Positions 10,698 through 20,381 of a stretch of 64,000 bases of DNA are shown here, piece by piece. The stretch's first letter is position 1, and each line of letters opens with the position of its first letter. This DNA is from a virus. The notes beneath the pieces are model-generated. The model was not told the DNA's origin. It saw only the letters and a list, made by a program, of their open reading frames with translations, and made no database searches. Made by a program: the position numbers and the translations under genes. The stretch spans positions 79,855 to 143,854 of the IMG/VR virus record IMGVR_UViG_3300042261_000588; one strand, given 5' to 3'.

Positions 10698-11789
10698 ATG
10701 AGATCAGTTCTAAATAATCGAGTTTCGAGAATTGCCGATATTGTGGCCGAACACCGCTCTTCGCAGTCAAGAATCTCCGCTATTGTAGATAGAATTATTG
10801 CTCTTGAGTTTGATAATCGCAAGCAGATGGAAGACTATCGGCGCGAACATGATGTTAGGCCGGGAACAAAACTGGTTGTAAAAACTCCGGCGAAGCATCA
10901 AACCGGTCCTTTGGAAAGTCCGTCTTCACCTCGACCACGTCATCTGACGAGCAAGGCGGTTTATACTAAGAAGGATGGGTGGAGAGCAGTAGATGGGAAA
11001 GAGTTGCCAGAGCATGTAAGGAAGCAAGCTATTCCTCCGGCGTGGAAAGACGTTCATTACGATCCTAATCCAAAAGCAGACTTAGTTGTTCAAGGCAGGG
11101 ATTCTAAAGGTCGGATTCAGAGTCGGTATTCTGATTCTCACAAGGCAATGGTTGCAGCAGAGAAGTTTGCCAGAATATCAGAGTTGATCAAGAAGATAGG
11201 CGAGATCAAAGGTGAGAATGAGAAGAATGGTAAAGGGGGCAAGAAAGATGATGCGGAATGTTTGAGACTGATTATGGAGACAGGGATTCGTCCGGGAAGC
11301 GATCGGGATACGAAGGCTGAGAAGCAGGCTTATGGTGCGACGACATTACGGGGGCGTCATGTGGTCGTCAAAAAAGATGGTGTTCATCTAGATTTTATTG
11401 GAAAGAAGGGGGTTCATCTTGACATCCCGGTAATGGATAAAAAGACGGCTGAAAATTTGTTGGGTCGTGCAAAAGAGGCTGGTAAATCAGGGCGTCTTTT
11501 CAACACGAATGAGGGCAAGTTATTGGAGTATACACACACACTTGATGGTGGTGGTTTCAAGGTTAAGGATATGAGAACGATGGTTGGAACAACGACGGCA
11601 ATCAGTTTGGTAAAGAAAATGCCCGTGCCGCAATCTGAATCTGAATACAGAAAGCAAGTAAAAGAAGTTGCTGTTTCTGTTTCAAAAAAACTAGGCAATA
11701 CACCAGTCGTTTGTCTTCAAGCTTATATCAGCCCGGTCGTTTTTACAACATGGAGACAAATTGGGTGGGAATTAAAGGGGGCGGCATGA
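10698..11789 (+). CDS. DNA topoisomerase IB (bacterial/poxvirus-like) with N-terminal tag
   Basis: IPPAWKDV, GRDSKGRIQSRY, TGIRPGS, GATTL, FIGKKG, KDMRT, LGNTPVVC..AYI. Confidence 0.9.
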   Translation: MRSVLNNRVSRIADIVAEHRSSQSRISAIVDRIIALEFDNRKQMEDYRREHDVRPGTKLVVKTPAKHQTGPLESPSSPRPRHLTSKAVYTKKDGWRAVDGKELPEHVRKQAIPPAWKDVHYDPNPKADLVVQGRDSKGRIQSRYSDSHKAMVAAEKFARISELIKKIGEIKGENEKNGKGGKKDDAECLRLIMETGIRPGSDRDTKAEKQAYGATTLRGRHVVVKKDGVHLDFIGKKGVHLDIPVMDKKTAENLLGRAKEAGKSGRLFNTNEGKLLEYTHTLDGGGFKVKDMRTMVGTTTAISLVKKMPVPQSESEYRKQVKEVAVSVSKKLGNTPVVCLQAYISPVVFTTWRQIGWELKGAA

Positions 11790-11950
11790 AAAAGGTTTTT
11801 GACTTGGATGCTGATGTTGAGTTTGGCACGGATGTTTTGCCGGACTGGAGAAAGGCAGATGATGTCGCCGATACAGACGATGAAGAAATGAAAGAAACCC
11901 CGATAGACGTGTTGATGATTCTAGGGTTCGATCCAAAAGAATTATTTTGA
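11786..11950 (+). CDS. small acidic protein
   Basis: ATGA overlap with topoisomerase stop codon. Confidence 0.5.
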   Translation: MKKVFDLDADVEFGTDVLPDWRKADDVADTDDEEMKETPIDVLMILGFDPKELF

Positions 11951-13725
11951 TGAATACTAAGGTCATAGAGTTGACAAAGCCATTTGATAGTGCAGCACTT
12001 GAATGTGACGGCATGACTAGGGTATTGAGAACAGTTCTTTCAGATAATCATATTTCACATACTCCAAAGGTTGGACGGGTGGAGTGGAATGGAAAATACT
12101 TCAGTCCACATTTTTGGATCGAGCTGCCTAATGGTGATGTAGTGGACTATAGACTTCGGATGTGGTTTGGTGGACAGGCACCGCATGGAGTTTTCAATCC
12201 AGAGAAATCAGGGGTGATCTACGAAGGACGGACGGCGAACATGCCGGTGTTGACAGATTTTCTGTTTGGTGTGCTGGCAGGTAAACCGAGAGTTGCTGGC
12301 GTCAAAGAGGTGGTAGATAAAATAACCAAGAGAATCAGGGACAGCGAATTGGTTCAACGATTGACGGATAAAGTGCTTCGATTCATTAAAACCAAGCATC
12401 CTTCTGATGATCTAACACCAGAGGAAGTGGCTGCGATTTATAGACAGGAAGATTATGGTGATGATTTTGACATGCCGGGAGGTCAAGAGTTGGATGTGGG
12501 TTGGACGAATCATGCAGAGTATCGATGTGATTTAAGGGATGTTGATCCATCAAGAGTGAATGAGACCATTAGAGATTTTGCCGAGACACATCCTCATCAA
12601 CATAAGATGGTAAATTTGACGAATCGGAGTTTAGGGAAGGCGGTAGTGGACGTGAATACAATGACAACCCCGGAAGAGGCTCGTGTTGTTACAGTAATGG
12701 CAAACGACGATATTGAATCCAGTCTTCTCATCTCAACTCTTTCTGAGTTGGGTGTAGTTGGGTTGTCAAAGGTTGCTGGACCCAATGATATTAGATGGCA
12801 GGCCGTCTTTATGATGGGTTCATCGGGTTCTGGGAAGTCACACTATCGAGAGAAGACTTACTTGAAATACATGAAGTTCAAGGTGGTTGATCCAGATGCG
12901 TTGGTTATGGCACATCCTGATTACGATCCAGAGAGACCCTATCTCCTACATGAGTGGTCGAAAGATGTGAGTGATGTGGAGTTCAACTCAATCATAAGTA
13001 ATGGGACTGGCGATCCTGTTGTCGTAGACGGAACGGGTAGAAATCCCGAAGGAATCTTGAGGAAGATGGCTGCGGCGAAGAAGAATGGCTATAGGATTTT
13101 TCTCGTTTATATTTGGGTTCCAGTAGAGGTATCGATATGGAGAAATAGGAATCGTTCCAGATTTGTGCCGGAAGAGAAGATCGTGAATGTGTATAAGGGA
13201 TATGATGAATCTTTTGCAAGGCTTCGGGGTTATGCGGATAGTTTTAAGGTGATTCCGAATTACACAAGCGAAGATTTGAGAGCTGCTAAAAAAGACATTG
13301 AGGTTTATCCTGCACCGCAAAAAGTGAGACCGCCAAGGCCAGGAGACAGTGATTATGGGAAAGACGAGATGAGTAAGGCAGCTTCAGATGTCATCTTGTT
13401 TCCGGGACAAGGAAACGGTAACGATGACGGGGATCAGACTCATAACTACAGGCTCGGGAGTGTGAAGACGTTCTACCAGATTGATAGTGAGGGTGGTAAG
13501 AAACACGAACATCACTGGCGCAAGACTTGTGTGGAGTGCGGAGGCGTCGATACTTGTCGCTGTTCCGCTCCGAAGGTGGATGTTTCAGGGATTTGCTATG
13601 ATTGTTGTGAAAAAGAAGGTATCGACTTTAAAACAGGGAAGAAGATTGTGATCTCTGCCGTAAAGGACAGGCAGGCGAGAATTGTTGATCGTCTTATTCA
13701 GAAGGTGCTTGAAAGGAAATTATGA
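11947..13725 (+). CDS. polyprotein incl. DUF4258/RelE-like module, zeta-toxin/AAA_33 P-loop kinase, zinc finger
   Basis: WTNHAEYRCDLR; MGSSGSGKS, VDPD, VVDGTG, RNRNRSR; CVEC..CRC..CYDC. Confidence 0.75.
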   Translation: MMNTKVIELTKPFDSAALECDGMTRVLRTVLSDNHISHTPKVGRVEWNGKYFSPHFWIELPNGDVVDYRLRMWFGGQAPHGVFNPEKSGVIYEGRTANMPVLTDFLFGVLAGKPRVAGVKEVVDKITKRIRDSELVQRLTDKVLRFIKTKHPSDDLTPEEVAAIYRQEDYGDDFDMPGGQELDVGWTNHAEYRCDLRDVDPSRVNETIRDFAETHPHQHKMVNLTNRSLGKAVVDVNTMTTPEEARVVTVMANDDIESSLLISTLSELGVVGLSKVAGPNDIRWQAVFMMGSSGSGKSHYREKTYLKYMKFKVVDPDALVMAHPDYDPERPYLLHEWSKDVSDVEFNSIISNGTGDPVVVDGTGRNPEGILRKMAAAKKNGYRIFLVYIWVPVEVSIWRNRNRSRFVPEEKIVNVYKGYDESFARLRGYADSFKVIPNYTSEDLRAAKKDIEVYPAPQKVRPPRPGDSDYGKDEMSKAASDVILFPGQGNGNDDGDQTHNYRLGSVKTFYQIDSEGGKKHEHHWRKTCVECGGVDTCRCSAPKVDVSGICYDCCEKEGIDFKTGKKIVISAVKDRQARIVDRLIQKVLERKL

Positions 13726-16403
13726 CCAAGATTTTGTGGCACATCTCGAATAGTCTGTTCAAGAGGTTTGACCCGAGGATGACGGCTCAGGGGATCATTT
13801 GGTTTGCAGAAGACGGGAATCATCTAGTCAAGGACTTGCATGGGGCATCTGTCAACAATAGATTGCCAGTATACTTATACAAGTGCGAAGTAAGGATGGG
13901 TAAAGTTGCGGGCTGGGATGAGTATGATAAGAAGGGGCTCGGACAATTAAGAGATGATGGATTTGACACAATCGAGCTTGATGGCGACGTGGCAGTTTTA
14001 AACAAGAACTTCATTAGAATTCTGGGAGTGCAGCAGATTGGAAAGAAGGAGCATGTAATGACAGCATCAGAAAACAAGTGTAAGGTAATTAGGCCACCGG
14101 AAGTGTTTGACTTCAAGCAGCCTCCTGAGCCGCCAGTAGTCTTTTTGGGTGGTGCTATTGATATGGGGCAGGCAGAAGATTGGCAGTCAAAACTTGCCGA
14201 GACTCTCGATGATGTTTCATGTGTGTTGCTCAATCCCAGACGCAATGATTGGGATTCTTCATGGGAGCAGAGCATTCATAATCCCCAGTTCAAGGAGCAA
14301 GTTGAGTGGGAATTGAAGGGTTTGGAGCAGGCGACTTTTGTTGTGATTGTCTTGCCGAAGGATTCCAAGGCTCCGATTTCGCTTTTGGAACTTGGGTTGC
14401 ATGTGATTGGCAGGCGGATGATTGTCTTCTGTCAGGAAGGGTACTGGCGCAAGGGGAATGTGGATGTGGTTTGCAATCGGTATGGGGTGCCTGTTTACGA
14501 GGATTTCGACTCTTTTGCGACTTTTGTGAAGGCGAGGATTTTGGAAACGACGGCGGGAGCGCATGAGCCGGAAGTATTGCCCGAAGGGACGGTACAGCAG
14601 CAGAAACAGCATTTCGTCGTGGCGTCGGATCGGATGGCATGGCGAATCATGGCAAGAGAGTTCGTAATTGGAACGAAGGAGGTGCGTGTGGCTTCAAATA
14701 TGAGTGCGTCTAAAAATAAAAAGGTGGTTTGTCCTGACTGCGGTCAGATGGTTGGTGTTAGGTTGGTTCCAGGAGGAGGATCGTGGAATCATTTCATTAC
14801 ACATATGGATCGCAAGGGAGATCACTGCAAGGGATCGGGATGGTCAGTTCCTAAATATCCAGATAAGGAAGAGTGGGGAAAGCAGGAGCGTGTATCAAGT
14901 AGATCGAGATATTGTTCCGTGCCGAGATATTGTGATTTTTACAAGGCGGTGAATGGCAAGTGGTATATGAACTTGGCGAATGATGAGGATGGGGGGTATC
15001 GCGACTCAGAAACATACGGTCCATTTGAATCACTTGATAGTGCTAAGAAGTACTTGCATAATTTCTCGAATCCGGGCTCCTATCGGACGGATGATAGTGG
15101 AAAGAAGTCTGTTCCAACTCATAGTCCAAATGGACGGCCTGTGCAAAAACCGGAAAGTCGTACGTGGAGCAGCAAAATGATGGCAACAATGACAGTTAAA
15201 GAAGGCGATATTTGCAATGTTAGTGGTCATACGGAGGCAGAAGCTGATCCGATGGCCGGAGAGAATCTGACGAGTCTTTTCTTGACATTACAGTCTTGGG
15301 CTACTAGGAAGGCCAATAGCCTGCATTTCGGGGCACCAGTGGCCTTGCAGATACTGGACAGGCTGGATGATGTGGAGACAGCATTGAAGGGCAAGATGGG
15401 TCTCCGTGGGCGGGAAGCGGTCATTGCGCTATTGAAAGCTATGAAAGGCTGCTTTACTATGGATGCTCAGCCGATTCCGGCTCTGATTCACAGATACGGC
15501 GTGGATGCGATTCGGGAGTGTGCAGGTCGTCGTTCTGCATCGGTTGAGTCCGGCATGGGAGATACTCACCCATTTGGTTCTCCTTTGCGTGGCAGACCGG
15601 ATTACGGCGAAAGAGATGGGGAAGTTGGAGAAAAATACGGATTGAAATTACCAAGTGAGGGTATAATGACATCGGAGGATAAGAATATGAGTGTTACAGC
15701 AGAGACTTTACGAGTCCGTGTAATTGCAGACAGGATCGCCTCTATGGCGAAAGAGTTTTTAGGATCGGAGAGATGGGATGGCGAGATACAGGGACAACAT
15801 ATACGGTTTCAATGGGTAGATCGTAGTGAGCGTCAATATCGGCTAACAGAGATGCCCATGCCAGGAAAGAAGCGTCTGAGGGTAAGGTCTGGTGGATTCC
15901 CAGCATGGTTGGGAGGATCACAGAAGAGGGAATATGGATTCTTGCTGATGGCAAATGTTGCACCTCGCATCAAGGCGTCGATGACATACGAGCAAGCAGC
16001 GTCCGAGATTGATAAGAGAATGAAGGAGTTGGTGGCCGAGTCGAATGACAAGTCTTCAGAACCAAAACAAGAGCAGGATTTGATTTCGGGGCCATGGGAG
16101 ACGTTGGTGTTCTATCTTGAAGTTGAGCCTGCGGATATGAAGCCATTTGTTGTTGATGCTAAGGATTTTAAGGTTTCTGTTGGTTGGGATAAGTTTGAGG
16201 CATACGATCCGTCTTCGATTTTTGAACAGTCTGATCCGTTCTACACGAAGTATCAATCAAAGAGTCCTACGGCTGCACGTAAGATGTATAAGGTCTTAAA
16301 CGCCGATCCAGACGCATTGAAGAACGTCTCTTGGAGCGACTTTGGTGGTTGGATGAGGAGGAGTGGAATTAGCTATGACAGTCATTCGAGTCAGTGGCAT
16401 TAA
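13722..16403 (+). CDS. polyprotein incl. ART-like domain, nucleoside 2-deoxyribosyltransferase-like domain, zinc ribbon and unknown domains
   Basis: LWHIS..F..F..GIIWFA; VFLGGAI..DWQ..LNPRR..QVEWEL..SLLELG..RKGNV; CPDC. Confidence 0.75.
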   Translation: MTKILWHISNSLFKRFDPRMTAQGIIWFAEDGNHLVKDLHGASVNNRLPVYLYKCEVRMGKVAGWDEYDKKGLGQLRDDGFDTIELDGDVAVLNKNFIRILGVQQIGKKEHVMTASENKCKVIRPPEVFDFKQPPEPPVVFLGGAIDMGQAEDWQSKLAETLDDVSCVLLNPRRNDWDSSWEQSIHNPQFKEQVEWELKGLEQATFVVIVLPKDSKAPISLLELGLHVIGRRMIVFCQEGYWRKGNVDVVCNRYGVPVYEDFDSFATFVKARILETTAGAHEPEVLPEGTVQQQKQHFVVASDRMAWRIMAREFVIGTKEVRVASNMSASKNKKVVCPDCGQMVGVRLVPGGGSWNHFITHMDRKGDHCKGSGWSVPKYPDKEEWGKQERVSSRSRYCSVPRYCDFYKAVNGKWYMNLANDEDGGYRDSETYGPFESLDSAKKYLHNFSNPGSYRTDDSGKKSVPTHSPNGRPVQKPESRTWSSKMMATMTVKEGDICNVSGHTEAEADPMAGENLTSLFLTLQSWATRKANSLHFGAPVALQILDRLDDVETALKGKMGLRGREAVIALLKAMKGCFTMDAQPIPALIHRYGVDAIRECAGRRSASVESGMGDTHPFGSPLRGRPDYGERDGEVGEKYGLKLPSEGIMTSEDKNMSVTAETLRVRVIADRIASMAKEFLGSERWDGEIQGQHIRFQWVDRSERQYRLTEMPMPGKKRLRVRSGGFPAWLGGSQKREYGFLLMANVAPRIKASMTYEQAASEIDKRMKELVAESNDKSSEPKQEQDLISGPWETLVFYLEVEPADMKPFVVDAKDFKVSVGWDKFEAYDPSSIFEQSDPFYTKYQSKSPTAARKMYKVLNADPDALKNVSWSDFGGWMRRSGISYDSHSSQWH

Positions 16404-16467
16404 ATCCATTTTTTCTTTATATTTGGCCCTTTCGTAGAGGGTTTGACAAAAATGAGGTTGGAGGTTT

Positions 16468-17274
16468 ATGAATCGAACAGTATTGGCTAGTCGTCTGTTA
16501 GAGATTGCGAGTGATGTTTCTGTATTAGCGCAGTCACGGGATAGTGTTATTGCAGGCATGGCAAAGACGATCAATTCGTTTCAATTGGGTCCAGAGGTAG
16601 TCGCATCTGCAAAAGCTGTTGCGAAGTTGGCTCAGGACTTTAAGGATCATCATGCTGATTTGATTGCACAGATAGCAGCTATGGAGAGAGCAGTAGACGC
16701 AAAGCGTGATGTTCTCAAGGCGTATTACAAGGATTGGAAGACAGAGACTGGATATGAGAGGTCTCGCCGTGAGTTGCTTGCGCAGGCATCCACTTGTATG
16801 CAAGTTGGTGACGCCATGACAGAACTTGCTGATGACCTATCCATTGTCAAAAGGGAGTCGGAGCAAGAGTCGTATAAAGAGAAATACAATATTTTGGTTT
16901 CGACTTTGAATGAGGCGGAATTGAATAAATATCGTAGAATCTTAGATTCTTTCTTTTCCAAACAGATCACCGAGTTGAAGACTGGTGTTAAGGAACTGGA
17001 TGGTGCGGTGAAGGAGTGGCATGATAGTGCTCAGGCGATTGCCGATGAGAGAGGCGTTAGATTGCCGAAGGCAAGTGATAATATTCGTCAGGCAGGCGTT
17101 GTGGATGAATTCATGGATGTTCTTAAGGGAATTATCCCCAAGTTGAAGGTGAGCCTCCAGAGGTGGGGGCAGAATCTTTGGAGGAACATCACGCAAAACA
17201 GCAGTCAATTAAGCGACATCAGTCAGAAGCTGCTTGATATGACAAGTAAGGCGCATGAAGTGTTGGCTTCGTAG
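16468..17274 (+). CDS. tagged coiled-coil protein
   Basis: LASRLLEIASDV tag; helical. Confidence 0.7.
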   Translation: MNRTVLASRLLEIASDVSVLAQSRDSVIAGMAKTINSFQLGPEVVASAKAVAKLAQDFKDHHADLIAQIAAMERAVDAKRDVLKAYYKDWKTETGYERSRRELLAQASTCMQVGDAMTELADDLSIVKRESEQESYKEKYNILVSTLNEAELNKYRRILDSFFSKQITELKTGVKELDGAVKEWHDSAQAIADERGVRLPKASDNIRQAGVVDEFMDVLKGIIPKLKVSLQRWGQNLWRNITQNSSQLSDISQKLLDMTSKAHEVLAS

Positions 17275-17296
17275 TCTTGTGTGGGAAGGGCATGTT

Positions 17297-17914
17297 TTGA
17301 AACGGCGAATTGCGTTTTCATATGGCTGTGTGATGGTGAGACTCCCAGAACCTCTCTCTGAAGAAGTTAGAAGTTATGGAGCTTCCATACCTTCGGCTTA
17401 TCTGGTAAAGGGCAACGAGGATGCTCCGTCGGGTTTATCAAATGATGTTCATATTACCGTCAAATATGGACTCTTGGAAGATGACCTAGAGAAGGTTGCA
17501 GGAGTCATAGCAGGGACAGAGCCGATTGTGGTGAGACTTGGTCGTGCGAGCATCTTTCATAATGAGAGTCAGGCAGTTCTTAAATTGGGTGTCGAGAGTC
17601 CGGGTCTGAAGGCGTTACATCATAAGTTGGCTGGTTCTCTTCGTAATGTCAACACATACCGGGATTATCGTCCACATGTTACAGTAGCATACATGGTGAA
17701 AAAGGAAGATGACCCTTATTACTATCGCACGTTTTTTAATGACAGTTTTGAGGGTAGGGAGTTCACGGTTGGACAGATATTACTTTCTAGGTCGAATGGA
17801 CAGAAGTTTGAAATTTCATTTGGAGGGGATGTCAAATCAATAGAATCCGAAAGAATAGATCGGATAGCCAGCGTCGTGTCTGATTCGGCATTAAGAATCT
17901 CACAGAGAAGGTAA
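17297..17914 (+). CDS. 2H phosphoesterase (2'-5' RNA ligase / Acb1-like fold)
   Basis: HITV and HVTV motifs; C-terminal ERIDRIASVV tag. Confidence 0.8.
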   Translation: MKRRIAFSYGCVMVRLPEPLSEEVRSYGASIPSAYLVKGNEDAPSGLSNDVHITVKYGLLEDDLEKVAGVIAGTEPIVVRLGRASIFHNESQAVLKLGVESPGLKALHHKLAGSLRNVNTYRDYRPHVTVAYMVKKEDDPYYYRTFFNDSFEGREFTVGQILLSRSNGQKFEISFGGDVKSIESERIDRIASVVSDSALRISQRR

Positions 17915-17947
17915 ACGTAAAACGTATAATATGAAAAGGAGACAAGG

Positions 17948-18373
17948 ATGAATGTTGAAGAGGTTAAGGGTGCAATTATCAAGTATGGCAGCCAACGAGC
18001 GGCGGCTAGGAAGTTAGGTCTCACAAGAGGCCAACTGAGGCATATCTTAGGGATAGGAAGAGGAACTTTTAAGGTAATTAATTCGGTTCCTAGAAATACG
18101 ATGAGTCGATCAACAAGCGCCAAATCGCTCAAGGATTTCAGGATGTTGTATGATAAAAACGTGATCGTTCCAAGGAAGATTAAGGAGGCTTTAAAGCGAC
18201 TAGGTGTTAATGGTTGGACATACGAGGCCGAGCTTATTCACGATGCTGGCATATCGCAGACGGATATGGGAAATTTCAGACATCTGTTTTCAGACTTCTA
18301 TGTGGAGATGAAGTTGAAGAGGGTGTGGGCGGGTTCTGCGAAATTTGCACAAACACTGAGAGGCATGATATGA
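17948..18373 (+). CDS. HTH DNA-binding protein
   Basis: GSQRAAARKLGLTRGQLR. Confidence 0.7.
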   Translation: MNVEEVKGAIIKYGSQRAAARKLGLTRGQLRHILGIGRGTFKVINSVPRNTMSRSTSAKSLKDFRMLYDKNVIVPRKIKEALKRLGVNGWTYEAELIHDAGISQTDMGNFRHLFSDFYVEMKLKRVWAGSAKFAQTLRGMI

Positions 18374-19227
18374 AAAAGAGAACACTGGGAGATTTTGAAG
18401 TGGCTCATGGACAGCCGAAGATCGCTCGTATGGAACGCCAGCTTGAAGTGGAGCGGGCAAAGGTTTCTGCATTGTCTGATGTTCAAGGGAAAGTTCGCAA
18501 GGTTGTTTCAAAGGGCAATACATTCGTTTTCGGTTTGTTCGGAGACACTCAGACTGGAAGTATATATTCAGCTCCAGAGTGTTGGAAGGCGTGGGCAGAA
18601 CATGCCAAGGCTCGTGGCGCAACAGCTCTCTATCATACCGGCGATGTTTTGGATGGGCATCGTATTTATAAGGGGCAGGAATTTGAACTGCGTGATGTGG
18701 GCATGGAGAGACAGTTGGAGCGTCTTGTAAAGGATGCGCCAGATGTGGGTATCCCGGTGGAGTTTATCGTAGGAAATCACGATTTGTCCCTCAAACATCT
18801 CGCCGGTGTAAACATTGGGAAGGCTATCGAAGAGAGGATGTTGAAAGCCGGGCAGAAGTGGAAATTCCTCGGAGAGGAAACAGGCTATGTGGAAGTGATG
18901 ACTCCCATAGGTAAGATATTCAGGCTGAGATTGTTACATCCTGGCGGTGGTAGCAGTTACGCAATTTCCTATAGACTTCAGAAGATCATTGAGTCGTTAG
19001 AAGGCGGAACAAAACCCGATATGCTGGCAGTCGGTCACTATCACAAGGCTGAGATGTTGCCGAATTATCGGAACGTATGTGGAATTCAGACTGGGGCATT
19101 CCAGTGGCAATCTCCATTCATGGCAAGAATGGGCTTGGCGGCTCATGTCGGTGGATGGATCGTTGAGGTAACAACGGGTGCGGACTTAATCTCCATTCGT
19201 GGAGAGTTTGTCGCATTCTTTAGATAA
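18370..19227 (+). CDS. calcineurin-like metallophosphoesterase
   Basis: GDTQ, GDVLDG, GNHD, GHYH. Confidence 0.85.
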   Translation: MKKRTLGDFEVAHGQPKIARMERQLEVERAKVSALSDVQGKVRKVVSKGNTFVFGLFGDTQTGSIYSAPECWKAWAEHAKARGATALYHTGDVLDGHRIYKGQEFELRDVGMERQLERLVKDAPDVGIPVEFIVGNHDLSLKHLAGVNIGKAIEERMLKAGQKWKFLGEETGYVEVMTPIGKIFRLRLLHPGGGSSYAISYRLQKIIESLEGGTKPDMLAVGHYHKAEMLPNYRNVCGIQTGAFQWQSPFMARMGLAAHVGGWIVEVTTGADLISIRGEFVAFFR

Positions 19228-19247
19228 AGGAAGAAAGGAAGAAAAGA

Positions 19248-19631
19248 ATGAAAAAGAGAGAAGTTGCATCAGAGTTGGTTAAGATCGCTAAGAGTTTGTT
19301 GGCTCTTCCGATGACGTTTAATTCACCATCGACGGAAACAACTCGGTGGGCTAAGAAGACGTTGATGCTTGCACTGAATGTGGATGCAAGTTGGAAACAG
19401 ATATACGAATCGTTTATGACAGTCCAAGAAGGTGGTAGTAATAAGTTCCACTACTTTGGAGTCTTCAAGTCTCGCACGGGGGGGTGTGTTGGCGGTAACG
19501 CCTATGGGCGAATCGGATATAATCCTAGAGCCATCGAGGTAGCTCGTGGTAGCGAGAGCTCGGTTATGTCGAGTGTTCGTGAGAAGGCCAGCGACAAACA
19601 GAGAAAGGGTTATCGAGTAACCGAAGTGTAA
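19248..19631 (+). CDS. WGR-domain protein with N-terminal tag
   Basis: EGGSNKF..YGRIG..KQRKGY; EVASELVKIAKSLLA tag. Confidence 0.7.
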   Translation: MKKREVASELVKIAKSLLALPMTFNSPSTETTRWAKKTLMLALNVDASWKQIYESFMTVQEGGSNKFHYFGVFKSRTGGCVGGNAYGRIGYNPRAIEVARGSESSVMSSVREKASDKQRKGYRVTEV

Positions 19632-19681
19632 TAGACTTCATGTCGGCGGAAGAAGGGTAAAGCCTATGGCTGATGCAAAAC

Positions 19682-19867
19682 ATGGCTTATGACGCCAAGA
19701 AAAAGGAAGTCAGCCGCCGCATGAGGTTACTGGAAGATTAGCTTGAAAAGCATGATCGTCGGCAGAAGAATCGTCCGAATGAAACAGAGTTTGTCAAAGA
19801 CTTGGATGATGTTGTGAAAAGTCTGGACGAACTTATGAGAGAGTTGGGGGTGATTTATGCCTTATAA
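19682..19867 (+). pseudogene. short ORF interrupted by one in-frame TAG
   Basis: MAYDAKKKEVSRRMRLLED*LEKHDRRQKNR... continues as protein-like sequence. Confidence 0.4.
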
Positions 19868-20174
19868 TCCTGATAATCCTCCAGATGTGATACGTCGTAA
19901 GTTGCCGAAGGAAAAACAGAGGAAGTGGTGTGAGGTTTTCAACTCGGTATTTGATAAGACTAAAAGCGAGGAAAAAGCATTTCAAACAGCTTGGAGTGTA
20001 GTTAAGAAATCCTCTTGTAACTGCGACGTAGATAAGGGTTGTGGCGGCAACTGTGGCTGTTTTGGACAGCTTATTGGGCCGTCTGAGAGTGAAGGTTCTA
20101 TAGCAGATGCTACTAGGACTCAAGACATCCTTAATGCAAAAGAGTTGTTGGTTCTAGCTAGAAGTCTGATTTAG
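19857..20174 (+). CDS. chaB: ChaB family protein with C-terminal tag
   Basis: PY...P..IR..LP...Q..W..VFNS....EEKAF..AWSVVK; ELLVLARSLI. Confidence 0.75.
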   Translation: MPYNPDNPPDVIRRKLPKEKQRKWCEVFNSVFDKTKSEEKAFQTAWSVVKKSSCNCDVDKGCGGNCGCFGQLIGPSESEGSIADATRTQDILNAKELLVLARSLI

Positions 20175-20381
20175 GGAGAAAAATGAGAGATGAGAATGGA
20201 ATTTATATTGGCAACCAACATTGTGGTCATTGGAGGGGTGCTGAAAAGATCGAGGAGAGGACATGTTGCGGAGGAAGGAAGTCAAAGTTCGCCTTTGTTC
20301 GATGTGTTGCAAACGGGATCGTTCTTGCTGATGTGAAGTGTATGAGTCAGTGTGAGGATGCAATACCTAAAGGGGAATAAT

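Noticed and set aside
19682-19867. In-frame TAG suggesting stop-codon recoding
   Set aside because: Many intact genes end at TAG with the next gene following, and no CTA-anticodon tRNA was found. More likely a point mutation or sequencing error.
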